DNA of 64,000 nt from Mogibacterium sp. GTDB lineage: Bacteria > Bacillota > Clostridia > Peptostreptococcales > Anaerovoracaceae. The notes beneath the pieces are model-generated. The model was not told where the DNA came from. It searched no databases and saw only the letters and a list, made by a program, of their open reading frames with translations. A program made the position numbers and the translations under genes. The stretch spans positions 21,213 through 85,212 of the forward strand of contig JAFWNE010000023.1 of NCBI GenBank assembly GCA_017510505.1, given 5' to 3'. This document shows positions 26,942-35,946 of this stretch, piece after piece; the first letter of the stretch is position 1; every line of letters starts with the position of its first letter.

Positions 26942-27568
26942 TTATCCCTGCTGTTCTACCCTGGCCAGATGCGAGAGTATCTTGACCTTGATCACGTCGA
27001 ATACGACGTCATTCATGCCGCTGTTAAGTACTATGTCAGCCAGATACTTGGTCGGCTCCACGTAGATGTAGTGCATAGGCTTTACCGTAGTCAGATACTG
27101 CTGGGCGATGCCCTCCACATCTCTTCCGCGGTATTTTACGTCACGGATCACACGGCGGAGTATCCTCTCGTCAGCGTCCGCCTCGACGTATATCTTGATG
27201 TCCAGCAGATCTCTGAGTTCAGGATTCTGCAGGACCATTATGCCTTCAACGATGATGACCGGAGACGGATTGATCCTGACTGTCTCCTCGCTCCTGTTAT
27301 GGATGGTGTAGTCATACACCGGGCAGTCGACGGGTTCGCCGTTCCTGAGCTTTCTCAGATGTTCTATGAAGAGATCCGTCTCGAAAGCGTCAGGATGGTC
27401 ATAGTTGATCAGCTTGCGCTCTTCGAACGGGATATCATAGTGAGCCCTGTAGTAGTTGTCATAATAAATGACCGTCACTCTGTCGCCGAACTCATCCTTG
27501 ATACGGTTTGTGAAAGTCGATTTGCCGGAACCGGTTCCGCCGGCAACACCAATGATCAGACAATCCAT
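26942..27568 (-). CDS. udk: Uridine/cytidine kinase
   Basis: 208 aa. It has P-loop GVAGGTGSGKST, plus YDHPDAFE and IVEGI. Confidence 0.92.
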   Translation of the reverse strand: MDCLIIGVAGGTGSGKSTFTNRIKDEFGDRVTVIYYDNYYRAHYDIPFEERKLINYDHPDAFETDLFIEHLRKLRNGEPVDCPVYDYTIHNRSEETVRINPSPVIIVEGIMVLQNPELRDLLDIKIYVEADADERILRRVIRDVKYRGRDVEGIAQQYLTTVKPMHYIYVEPTKYLADIVLNSGMNDVVFDVIKVKILSHLARVEQQG

Positions 27569-27607
27569 TTTGCAGTCTCCTCCGATTTGTGCTCTAACTT
27601 ATTTATT

Positions 27608-28384
27608 TTATAATCCAAGTTCCTTAAGGTCAATATTGCGAAGCCTTGGGGTTTTATCTATTTCGACCTCTTCGTACAGACCGGCCAGAGCTGCTTTGAT
27701 TTCGCTTTCACGCATCAGCGCGTCAGCGTGCTGACCCTCCGCGATCTGCACGAGCGCGTCCTTTCCTCTCATCCTTACCCTGAAGTCACTGAAGCCCATG
27801 TCCTGCATGATGGCTTCGGCTTTTTCGGTAGTCAGGAGCTTATCCGATGTGATCTTTTCTCCGGTCCTGATACGTGTGGCAAGGCAGGCATAGGCAGGCT
27901 TGCTCCAGGTCGGGAGTCCGGCTTCCTTTGACAGCATTCTGATCTCCGTCTTGTTGAGTCCGCACTCCCTGAGAGGTGATCTTATGCCGAGCTCTTGCAG
28001 AGCCTTGGTTCCCGGCCTGTCAGTAGCGTCATCAGACGCGTTGGTCCCGTCGCAGACCATTTCATAGCCATCCGCCGAAGCTGCGGCTTTTACCGCAGTC
28101 ATTATCCGGGTCTTGCAATAGTAGCAGCGGTCAGCCGGATTCGCGGTGACCTTCTCATCCGACAAAACGTCGACCTCTATCACTTCAAACTCTGCGCCTA
28201 TCTGCTCAGCCAGTTTCCGCGCGTCTTCAAACTCAAATCCGGGCTGGAATGCCGATCTGACGCAATAGGCCTTGACATCCGCTCCCGCCCTGACTGCCGC
28301 ATAAAGCAGATATGCCGAATCGACACCCCCTGAGAAAGCGACCGCTATTCTTTTGTTCTCCTCAAAGAATCCATCAAGTTTCAT
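27608..28384 (-). CDS. larE: LarE-like PP-loop ATP pyrophosphatase / sulfur transferase (three-cysteine type)
   Basis: 258 aa. It has the PP-loop AFSGGVDSAYL, the ACLATR cysteine motif, and an additional CYYC pair (DRCYYCKTRI). Confidence 0.75.
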   Translation of the reverse strand: MKLDGFFEENKRIAVAFSGGVDSAYLLYAAVRAGADVKAYCVRSAFQPGFEFEDARKLAEQIGAEFEVIEVDVLSDEKVTANPADRCYYCKTRIMTAVKAAASADGYEMVCDGTNASDDATDRPGTKALQELGIRSPLRECGLNKTEIRMLSKEAGLPTWSKPAYACLATRIRTGEKITSDKLLTTEKAEAIMQDMGFSDFRVRMRGKDALVQIAEGQHADALMRESEIKAALAGLYEEVEIDKTPRLRNIDLKELGL

Positions 28385-28389
28385 TATTA

Positions 28390-28551
28390 TTACTCAAGCG
28401 ATTCACTGATGTAATACGCATTCACGCGGCCTTCGGTTATGAGGACTGATTCCTGGTGGAAGAACACACAAAGGTCCTTAGCAATCTCCTCCACGACCGG
28501 TTTTTTCTCAACGGAATCATTCATTCCCACGTATATTTTTGTTTCGACCAT
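28390..28551 (-). CDS. Small hypothetical protein (53 aa) heading the larE operon; below the ORF-track size cutoff
   Basis: My translation is MVETKIYVGMNDSVEKKPVVEEIAKDLCVFFHQESVLITEGRVNAYYISESLE. A strong ribosome-binding site (caggagacagcggaaATG) is present, and the stop lies 5 nt before the larE ATG. Confidence 0.45.
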   Translation of the reverse strand: MVETKIYVGMNDSVEKKPVVEEIAKDLCVFFHQESVLITEGRVNAYYISESLE

Positions 28552-28724
28552 TTCCGCTGTCTCCTGTTCAGTCTTAGCCTATTTCACCAAATATTATGAT
28601 ACCACACATAAGTTGTTTTGTGCCGCTGTCACAGATTATCGTTTTAGGCATTTATTGTTAACCTGAACAAAAAAGTGGGTTTCATTTTGTTTTTTTTAAA
28701 TACATTTATATTGCTGAAAAAACA

Positions 28725-28753
28725 TTGCAATCGTGTTTTTAAATCAGTACAAT
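28725..28753 (+). promoter_or_regulatory. Near-consensus SigA-type promoter: TTGCAA, 17 nt spacer, TACAAT
   Basis: The sequence reads TTGCAAtcgtgtttttaaatcagTACAAT and is preceded by an A/T-rich tract. No plus-strand protein gene follows it. Confidence 0.55.
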
Positions 28754-28759
28754 CAAGAC

Positions 28760-29127
28760 AAGAAGAAGGGACGTAATAGCCGGACGGAAAAGAAACCAAG
28801 GAAAGACTTTATAAATCGGAAGTCGACGAAGTGATCCGGCAAACTACAAAAGCGCGGGACGCGCAGAAACGGAGGAGCAGACCAATGGGTGCAATTTATA
28901 AGGAGGCTGTTCCGGTATAAATCCTCTGCAAGGCATGCCTACTTAGTGGCAACCGGGAGTGAAAGAAGCCGGACACAAAAGATCTAATCAGCAGATGCGA
29001 TCACGGGGCAGCCTCAGAAACACAAACAAGACAAAACAAAATAAGCCGTATTGCAGACATGTACGGCAAACAACTGAATATCAGGAAGTAACGAGGGACG
29101 GGCAAAGCCCGTCCCCTTATTGTTGTT
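28760..29127 (+). ncRNA. Candidate stand-alone non-coding RNA of about 370 nt, purine-rich, class unknown
   Basis: It is bounded by the promoter above and by a terminator whose U-tract is on the plus strand. All frames are closed except an 11-codon micro-ORF (28885-28920, MGAIYKEAVPV, with a GGAGGA site upstream). An internal repeat AGCCGGAC-NN-AAAAGA occurs at 28778 and 28967. Several local hairpins are present (gcgcg-gga-cgcgc, gccgta...tacggc, gccgga...tccggc). Confidence 0.35.
29095..29127 (+). terminator. Intrinsic terminator oriented for plus-strand transcription (convergent with asd)
   Basis: gggacggg-caaag-cccgtccc is followed by cttattgttgtt on the plus strand. The minus-strand tail (tcgttacttcc) is a poor U-tract. 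Confidence 0.6.
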
Positions 29128-29144
29128 ATCGATTTCTCTCTGCC

Positions 29145-30182
29145 CTACTCCTTGATCAGAAGTTCTGCGATCTGAACAGCGTTTGTGGCTGCTCCCTTTC
29201 TTACCTGGTCGCCGCAGCACCAGAGATTGATGCCGTTCTCGTTAACGAGGTCGCGGCGGATCCTGCCGACATATACGATGTCCTGATTCGATGTCAGTAT
29301 AGGCATCGGATAGATCTTATCGTTCGGTTCATCGTAAAGCCTGCATCCCTGAGCCTGCTCAACAGCCGCTCTTACTTCTGAGAGCTCGAGTCTCTTCTCT
29401 GTGATCACATCGATCGATACCGCATGCGATCTCTCTACCGGCACTCTTACGCATGTGCAGCTGACCTTGAGTTCAGGCAGGTGCATGATCTTGCGGCCCT
29501 CGTTCTGCAGTTTCATCTCCTCGGATGAATACAGGTTCTCGCCGAATCCGCCGATCTGCGGGATAACGTTGTAAGCGATCTGATACTGGAATACCTTCGG
29601 ATCGATGTCCGCGCCGTATGAATTGCCCTCGCCGCCCGCGGCTCTTGCCTTCAGGATGGCTTCAGACTGATCATACATCTCTACAGGACCTGCAGCGCCT
29701 GCGCCGCTCGTTGCCTGATACGACGATGCGTACATGGCCTCTATCTTAGACAGCTGGTTGATAGCATTTACCGCAACCAGTGAGATGATAGTGGTGCAGT
29801 TAGGATTGCTGATTATTCCGTTGTTCCACTCCACGTCCTCAGGGTTTATTTCAGGCACTACCAGCGGAACATCTTCACACAGCCTGAAAGCCGAAGAATT
29901 GTCCACGAAGACCGCGCCGGATGCCTTGATATGAGGAGCCATGGCCTCGGCGATGTCGTTCTCGGAAGCTCCGAGCACTATGTCGAGTCCTTCGAAAGCC
30001 GTCTCGCATGTCCTTTGGATCACTACATCGCCAAACGGCGTGCTCAGGGTCTTGCCCTCCGACCTTTCGCTTGCCAGGCATCTGAGTTCTCCCACAGGGA
30101 AGTTCCTCTCGCCCAGCACCTTTATCATCTGCTGTCCGACCGCTCCGGTCGCGCCCATTACTCCAACATTGTACTTTTTCAT
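29145..30182 (-). CDS. asd: Aspartate-semialdehyde dehydrogenase
   Basis: 345 aa. It contains GATGAVG, the active site NPNCTTI, and SYQATSGAG. Confidence 0.93.
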   Translation of the reverse strand: MKKYNVGVMGATGAVGQQMIKVLGERNFPVGELRCLASERSEGKTLSTPFGDVVIQRTCETAFEGLDIVLGASENDIAEAMAPHIKASGAVFVDNSSAFRLCEDVPLVVPEINPEDVEWNNGIISNPNCTTIISLVAVNAINQLSKIEAMYASSYQATSGAGAAGPVEMYDQSEAILKARAAGGEGNSYGADIDPKVFQYQIAYNVIPQIGGFGENLYSSEEMKLQNEGRKIMHLPELKVSCTCVRVPVERSHAVSIDVITEKRLELSEVRAAVEQAQGCRLYDEPNDKIYPMPILTSNQDIVYVGRIRRDLVNENGINLWCCGDQVRKGAATNAVQIAELLIKE

Positions 30183-30196
30183 TTTGTCCCTTCTTT

Positions 30197-31525
30197 CTAC
30201 TTCTTCGCAAAGCTTTCATAGAGCACGCGTATCGCCTTTTCGAAGTCTTCGTCAAAGACTCCTATCATGATGTTGATCTCATCCGCGCCCTGTTCTATCG
30301 TTCTGATATTGATGTTTTCTTCTCCGAGAGTCCTGAATATCTTGCCCGAAATACCTGTTCTGTAAGCCATCTGGCGTCCTACTATGGCTATCAGGCTGAT
30401 GCCCTCTGTAAGAGCGACATTGTCGATACTTTCAAACTCCGACAGCTCGTGCATTAGTTCGTGCTTTCTGCTTCTTATGCTGTCGCTCGGGAATACCACC
30501 GAGAAGCTGTCCACGCCGCTAGGGATCTGCTCTACCGGAATGTCGTAGCGGGCAAATACCTCGAGCACCTGCCTTAACAGCCCCAGCTTCTCCTCTCCTA
30601 TCCTGCTCTTGTAAATATTGATGATCGAAAAATTGCGCTTTCCGGCGATTCCGGTAATGAATCTTTCGGTCTCCTCTTCAAGTTCATCGTCAAAGTGTTC
30701 TCCGATGATGGTGCCCGGATCTTCCGGCGCGTTGGTGTTGCGGATGTTGACCGGGATATCCCTGACCCTTACCGGGAACACCGTGTCCTCATGAAGTACT
30801 GACGCTCCCATGTAGCTGAGTTCTCTGAGCTCGTCATACGTTACTCTGGCTATGGTCTTAGGGTCTTTTACTATCCTTGGGTCTACCATGAGGATGCCCG
30901 ATACGTCCGTCCAGTTTTCATAAACGTCAGCACCGAGGTAACCGGCGGCCAATGCTCCCGTTATATCCGATCCGCCGCGCGGGAACACCTTGATCTCACC
31001 GTTCGGCAGCGCCCCGTAGAATCCCGGAGTCACTATCCTTCCGTAGATGCTCTTGAGTTCTCTGAGCTTTTCCTCAGATTTTGCGGCATTCACCTTTCCG
31101 CTGTACTCGAAGCAAAGCCATTCTACCGCGTCAACGAACTGATATCCGAGATACTCCGCCATCAGCCTCGCGCTGAAGTATTCGCCTCTTGAAGCCAGGA
31201 AGTCGACGGATGTCTTTTTGTCGACATTGGCAAAGGTGTCATCCATGATACCCGCAATGTCGATATCCAGGCCGCAGCCTTCCTTGATCTCTACGTATCT
31301 CTCCTTGATCATCGAGAGGACGCCGTCGTACGCAACACCGTATTTGATGTGCGCGTGTATCAGATAAAGCAGATCGGTGATCTTGTTGTCACTGCTGTAT
31401 CTCTTTCCCGGAGCCGATACTATGACCACCTCGCGGGAGCTGTCGCTCTCAACTATCTTTTTTACTTTTGCGAATTGCGAGCTGTCTGCCAGACTCGAGC
31501 CGCCGAATTTCAGTACCTTTAGCAT
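30197..31525 (-). CDS. Aspartate kinase
   Basis: 442 aa. It contains KFGGSSL, GGSDITGA and C-terminal ACT-like repeats. Confidence 0.88.
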   Translation of the reverse strand: MLKVLKFGGSSLADSSQFAKVKKIVESDSSREVVIVSAPGKRYSSDNKITDLLYLIHAHIKYGVAYDGVLSMIKERYVEIKEGCGLDIDIAGIMDDTFANVDKKTSVDFLASRGEYFSARLMAEYLGYQFVDAVEWLCFEYSGKVNAAKSEEKLRELKSIYGRIVTPGFYGALPNGEIKVFPRGGSDITGALAAGYLGADVYENWTDVSGILMVDPRIVKDPKTIARVTYDELRELSYMGASVLHEDTVFPVRVRDIPVNIRNTNAPEDPGTIIGEHFDDELEEETERFITGIAGKRNFSIINIYKSRIGEEKLGLLRQVLEVFARYDIPVEQIPSGVDSFSVVFPSDSIRSRKHELMHELSEFESIDNVALTEGISLIAIVGRQMAYRTGISGKIFRTLGEENINIRTIEQGADEINIMIGVFDEDFEKAIRVLYESFAKK

Positions 31526-31546
31526 ATTGTTCCTTCCTTGGTCTTC

Positions 31547-32710
31547 TTATTCCGCAAGAGCCGCGAAGAACATCTCCTTGCCCTTCTCCTTGCGGTGATG
31601 TCCCATCTTATGCATCTCCTCTACCGCTACAGGCTTTGAGATGCAGTAGTAGATGCCTTCCTTCTCTTCATAAGTATCGATGAATGGTTCTATGTGTTCG
31701 CACATGCGGTCATGTCTGATGTAATACCTGTGGACCGCCTTGCTGTTGTCCGCCTTCAGAGCAGAAGCCTCGGCCGGGATGGCCTGTTCCTTGCCGTCAC
31801 GGATGTCCAGTACGTCCTGTATGACCGACTGTCCTGTAGGCATCATGCCGGCTCCCTGTCCGTAGAAGCTCTGAGTGCCGATGTCTCTCGCCGTGAGAGT
31901 GATCAGGTTGTTGTTGACCTTCACGTTTGCCTCGAGCGAGCCCGCCGGGAACGCCGTCGGCTCCACATAGACCTCTACCGAGTCGCCGGATCTCTTTGCC
32001 TTCATCATCAGCTTGCAGACAAGTCCTTTCTCCTTCAGATACGCAACGTCGCAGGACTGGATCGTGTCGATGCCGTAGCAAGGCACTTCATCCTCGGATA
32101 CGACCGTATCGAAGGCAAGGTTCGTGGTCACTACTGTTTTGCGGAGCGTGTCCGTGCCCTCGATGTCCGAGCTTGGGTCCGCTTCCGCATATCCAAGCTC
32201 CTGCGCGATCTTCAGCATCTCTCCGAAATCCGCTCCCTTGTCGTACATGGCGTCGAGTATGTAGTTGCATGTGCCGTTGACTATGCCCCTTACCTCTTCT
32301 ATCTCGTCGCAGCGCTTTGTGCGGAGCAGATTGAAGAGCCACGGGATGCCGCCGCCTACAGCCGATGTGAATCTGAGCTTCACCCCGTTAGCCGCTGCCT
32401 CATCCATAAGTTCCTTATAGCATGCGCTGATCAGGTTCTTATTAGGAGTCACGACGTGCTTTCCTGCCCTGAGACAAGCCAGCACATATTCTCTTGCCGG
32501 GTGTACTCCTCCTATGGACTCGATGACCAGTTCTATCTCCGGGTCATTGGCGATGTCATCTATGTTAGGTGTGATGATATCGTCCAGATGTTCGTAGCCC
32601 GGCCTTCCGTGCCTGGCAAGTATCCTGACGATATCTATACCTCCTGCATTCTTTGCTGTTTCATATGCACCGCTTCCCACGGTGCCGAATCCCATAATGG
32701 CGATCTTCAT
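31547..32710 (-). CDS. hom: Homoserine dehydrogenase
   Basis: It contains MKIAIMGFGTVGSG and NGTCNYIL. I prefer the ATG at 32710 (ggaggcagcgaaATG) over the upstream start used in the ORF track. Confidence 0.88.
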   Translation of the reverse strand: MKIAIMGFGTVGSGAYETAKNAGGIDIVRILARHGRPGYEHLDDIITPNIDDIANDPEIELVIESIGGVHPAREYVLACLRAGKHVVTPNKNLISACYKELMDEAAANGVKLRFTSAVGGGIPWLFNLLRTKRCDEIEEVRGIVNGTCNYILDAMYDKGADFGEMLKIAQELGYAEADPSSDIEGTDTLRKTVVTTNLAFDTVVSEDEVPCYGIDTIQSCDVAYLKEKGLVCKLMMKAKRSGDSVEVYVEPTAFPAGSLEANVKVNNNLITLTARDIGTQSFYGQGAGMMPTGQSVIQDVLDIRDGKEQAIPAEASALKADNSKAVHRYYIRHDRMCEHIEPFIDTYEEKEGIYYCISKPVAVEEMHKMGHHRKEKGKEMFFAALAE

Positions 32711-33001
32711 TTCGCTGCCTCCAAGCTGTTGTTTTGTGTTTTGTATTAAAAAATGTCCAATATTTTCAGCATGGTTTCCGGAAATACTCCGTTTATTTTT
32801 TGTGGTGAAACACAATAGACCGGCTTATATTTCTGAAAAATCCGTGTGTCAAGGACAAGTAATTGACTTGTGTCCGTATACCGAAAACACTTGTCTTTAG
32901 GTTAAAAGTAATGTAACATAATCAATGTATTATTTCAATGGATTTCATTATCTTATAAGATTCGCGGCCACCGTACCGCAATACATGGAAAGGCAATACT
33001 A

Positions 33002-34495
33002 ATGATCGAATACGTAAGCACAAGGAATCAGTCGATAAAAGTCAGTTCAAGCAAGGCCATCCTTGACGGACAGGCAGCCGGCGGCGGACTGTATGTTCCT
33101 GCAGACATCGAAGCAGTAAAAGCAGACTGGCGAAGCATTATAAAACTCGACTTCAGGGGCATGGCAAAGGCCGTATGGAACGTCTTCTTCGATGATTACG
33201 GTGAAGAAGAGGTAAACAGACTGGTTGAAGTCAGCTACAAAGACAAATTCTCAGCGCCTGACATAACGCCGCTCGTCAAGGTGGGCGACGCTTATGTACT
33301 TGAGCTCTGGCACGGACCGACATCGGCGTTCAAGGACGTCGCCCTCTCCGCCCTGCCTAATCTCATGAGCGCGGCGCGCGGAATGAACGGCTTTACCGAT
33401 GACATAATGATACTCACAGCTACATCCGGCGACACGGGAAGCGCCGCTATTCAGGGATTCAGAGATGTGCCGGGCACAGGCATCATCGTATTCTACCCTC
33501 ACGGAGGCGTCTCGGACACGCAGAGACTGCAGATGGTGACTCCTGACAGCTCCAATGTTACCGCATGCGCCATACGCGGCAACTTTGACGACGCGCAGAC
33601 AGGAGTAAAAAAACTCTTCAGGGAGATCCCTAAGCCTGTAAAAGGCGTGTCGCTTTCAAGCGCCAACTCGATAAATATAGGCAGGCTCGTTCCGCAGATA
33701 GTCTATTACTTCTCTGCGTATGCCCAGCTGATAGATAAAGGCGTGATCAAAGAAGGCGACAAGGTAGATTATATTGTGCCGACGGGTAACTTCGGCGACA
33801 TAATGGCAGGCTGGTATGCTCTTAAGATGGGGCTCCCTGTCGGCAGGCTCGTTTGCGCGTCAAACAAGAACGATGTGCTCACCGAGTTCCTCAACACAGG
33901 ACATTACGACAGAAAGCGCGAGTTCTACAAGACAACTTCACCTTCAATGGACATCCTTGTGTCGAGCAATCTTGAACGCCTGCTCTGGTACATTTGCGGA
34001 CCTGAACATACTCTTGCATACATGAAGCAGCTTGAGCAGACCGGCGAGTATCAGATAACGGATGATGAGCTCTTTGAGTTGCAGAAAGTGTTTACCGGCG
34101 TTTTCGCTTCAGACGATGAAGGCGCTGCAGCTATCAGAACCGTATTTGAGTCGGACAAGTATCTGATGGACACTCACACCTCCATCGCATGGGCATGCAT
34201 GGAGAAATACAAATCAGGAGACGCGCCTGCTGATACCGTTCCTTTTGGAAGCGATGCTGCGGCGACTGTCGTTCTCTCGACGGCATCACCATATAAGTTC
34301 TCAGCCGCCGTACTTGAGGCTCTTGGCGAAGAACTGACAGGCAGCGATGAAGGCAATATGCACAAGGTCCGTGAGATCACAGGCGCAGAAGTCCCTTCCG
34401 GACTTGCCGGCATCTTCTCAAAACCTGTTATCCACAAAGATGTCATAGAGATACCGGACATGAAATCGTATGTTATTGAAAAATGCACTAGATAG
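33002..34495 (+). CDS. thrC: Threonine synthase (long form)
   Basis: 497 aa. It contains the PLP-lysine region HGPTSAFKDVAL, along with TSGDTGSAA and PTGNFGD. Confidence 0.92.
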   Translation: MIEYVSTRNQSIKVSSSKAILDGQAAGGGLYVPADIEAVKADWRSIIKLDFRGMAKAVWNVFFDDYGEEEVNRLVEVSYKDKFSAPDITPLVKVGDAYVLELWHGPTSAFKDVALSALPNLMSAARGMNGFTDDIMILTATSGDTGSAAIQGFRDVPGTGIIVFYPHGGVSDTQRLQMVTPDSSNVTACAIRGNFDDAQTGVKKLFREIPKPVKGVSLSSANSINIGRLVPQIVYYFSAYAQLIDKGVIKEGDKVDYIVPTGNFGDIMAGWYALKMGLPVGRLVCASNKNDVLTEFLNTGHYDRKREFYKTTSPSMDILVSSNLERLLWYICGPEHTLAYMKQLEQTGEYQITDDELFELQKVFTGVFASDDEGAAAIRTVFESDKYLMDTHTSIAWACMEKYKSGDAPADTVPFGSDAAATVVLSTASPYKFSAAVLEALGEELTGSDEGNMHKVREITGAEVPSGLAGIFSKPVIHKDVIEIPDMKSYVIEKCTR

Positions 34496-34507
34496 GATTA
34501 GAATTAT

Positions 34508-34945
34508 ATGGAAGGTAAATACCTGATCGTAGACAAGGCGCTTCTGCCGTCATATTGTGAGAAGGTTGCTCTCGCCAAAGAACTGCTGGATGAGGGCAAG
34601 GCCGCTGATGTAAGTGAAGCAGTGAAAATGGTCGGCATATCCCGCAGCACTTTCTACAAGTACCGGGACATGGTAAGAGACATAAGCACAGTCTCGATGG
34701 GCCGTCACGCCATCATTTCCATGATGATGAGTCACCGAGTCGGTACCCTTTCTTCTGTACTGAGCATCATCTCGCGCTACGGATACAGTGTATGGACCAT
34801 AACTCAGAATCCTCCCGTAGACTCCAGGGCAAACGTGGTCATCACGCTTGAACTTGGAGAGGATCCAGGTAGGCTCGACAGCATGTTGAGCGAGATCAGC
34901 GATGTACCGGGGCTTTCCAAGGTACAGCTGCTTGGAATGGACTAG
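34508..34945 (+). CDS. ACT-domain protein with an N-terminal HTH-like region (UPF0735/PheB-like)
   Basis: 145 aa. It contains AVKMVGISRSTFYKYRD followed by an ACT fold (SMMMSHRVGTLSSVLSIISRYGYSV). Confidence 0.7.
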   Translation: MEGKYLIVDKALLPSYCEKVALAKELLDEGKAADVSEAVKMVGISRSTFYKYRDMVRDISTVSMGRHAIISMMMSHRVGTLSSVLSIISRYGYSVWTITQNPPVDSRANVVITLELGEDPGRLDSMLSEISDVPGLSKVQLLGMD

Positions 34946-34959
34946 GAGGATCATTTTTA

Positions 34960-35844
34960 ATGGATTTCAAACAGATAGAAGCTTTCGTAAACGTCGTAAG
35001 GTACAAGAGTTTCAGCAAGGCTGCCGACGCGACGTTCTTCACACAGCCTACCATCAGCACCCACATACGCAATCTTGAAAAAGAACTCGGAGTCAAGCTG
35101 CTCGACAGAAAGAGCAGGACTGTTGAAATGACTCCGCAGGGCTCCAAGTTCTATAAGTACGCCGTTGAAATGATCAACGCGAGGGCTCTGGCGTTTGAGG
35201 CAATCAATGATGACAGCGAGAGCCTTGGCGGAATACTTGAGATACAGGCTTCATCCATTCCGGGTGTCACCTTCCTGCCTGATCTTCTCGCCGGTTTCCG
35301 CAGCGAGCACAAAGGCATACAGTACTATGTATCAGTGTCTGACACCCAGTCTGTCATAGAAAACATCAGCGACCGCAGAGGCGAGATCGGATTCATAGGT
35401 GAAAAAGTGACCTCTTCCTCAATAGAATGCACCAAAGTGGCCGCCGACAAGTCCGTGCTTATAGCGCCGGTGTCCTATGAGATCCCTTCCGAGATCAAAC
35501 TGGCTGACGCTGTCACATATCCGTTTATCTGGCGCGAGACGGGCTCCGCCACAAGAAGGACCTTTGAGCAGGCAGCGCTTGACTCGGGATTCGGAAAGGA
35601 AGATTTCGAAGTCGCCGCGCTCGTCGATGACATGGACGCGATAATCCGTTCGGTAGAGGCCGGGCTGGGATGCGCCATCATATCCGAGAAGATAGCTTCC
35701 TCTCTCGAAGGCAGGGTCAGGGTCGCGAACATCAAGGATTTCAACGAAGACCGCAGTTTCTACATGATAAGGCTCAGGAGCATATCGCTCTCGCCGGCCG
35801 CTGAAGCTTTTGCGTCTTATGTCAAAAGCAAGCTAAGTGAATAG
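34960..35844 (+). CDS. LysR-family transcriptional regulator
   Basis: 294 aa. It has an N-terminal wHTH (FSKAADATFFTQPTISTHIRNLEKELGVKLLDR) and a substrate-binding domain. Confidence 0.9.
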   Translation: MDFKQIEAFVNVVRYKSFSKAADATFFTQPTISTHIRNLEKELGVKLLDRKSRTVEMTPQGSKFYKYAVEMINARALAFEAINDDSESLGGILEIQASSIPGVTFLPDLLAGFRSEHKGIQYYVSVSDTQSVIENISDRRGEIGFIGEKVTSSSIECTKVAADKSVLIAPVSYEIPSEIKLADAVTYPFIWRETGSATRRTFEQAALDSGFGKEDFEVAALVDDMDAIIRSVEAGLGCAIISEKIASSLEGRVRVANIKDFNEDRSFYMIRLRSISLSPAAEAFASYVKSKLSE

Positions 35845-35884
35845 ACAAGTATAGACTTATTGTTAAATAAATCTTATATGACTA

Positions 35885-35930
35885 AAAACTGCAGAGCCTT
35901 GTGATCACATGACTCTGCAGCTTTTTATTG
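35885..35930. terminator. Bidirectional intrinsic terminator between the LysR gene and selD
   Basis: aaaaactgcagag-(16 nt)-ctctgcagcttttt, with an A-run and a T-run on either side. Confidence 0.65.
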
Positions 35931-35946
35931 TTATTTTTTACGATCC

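Noticed and set aside
28885-28920. The 11-codon micro-ORF as an independent protein gene
   Set aside because: It is too short to call. It is retained only as a possible leader or regulatory feature within the candidate RNA.
28700-29144. A lysine riboswitch or asd-motif RNA, tmRNA, RNase P RNA, SRP RNA or a group II intron domain V
   Set aside because: The unit lies downstream of asd and on the opposite strand, so it cannot be an asd or lysC leader. It has no tRNA-like end (…TCCACCA) for tmRNA and no GAGGAAAGTCC core for RNase P. The CCGGACGGAAAAGAAACCAAGG stretch only superficially resembles SRP domain IV and does not form the required helix. The gccgta...tacggc hairpin is too short for domain V. 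All of this was judged by eye only.
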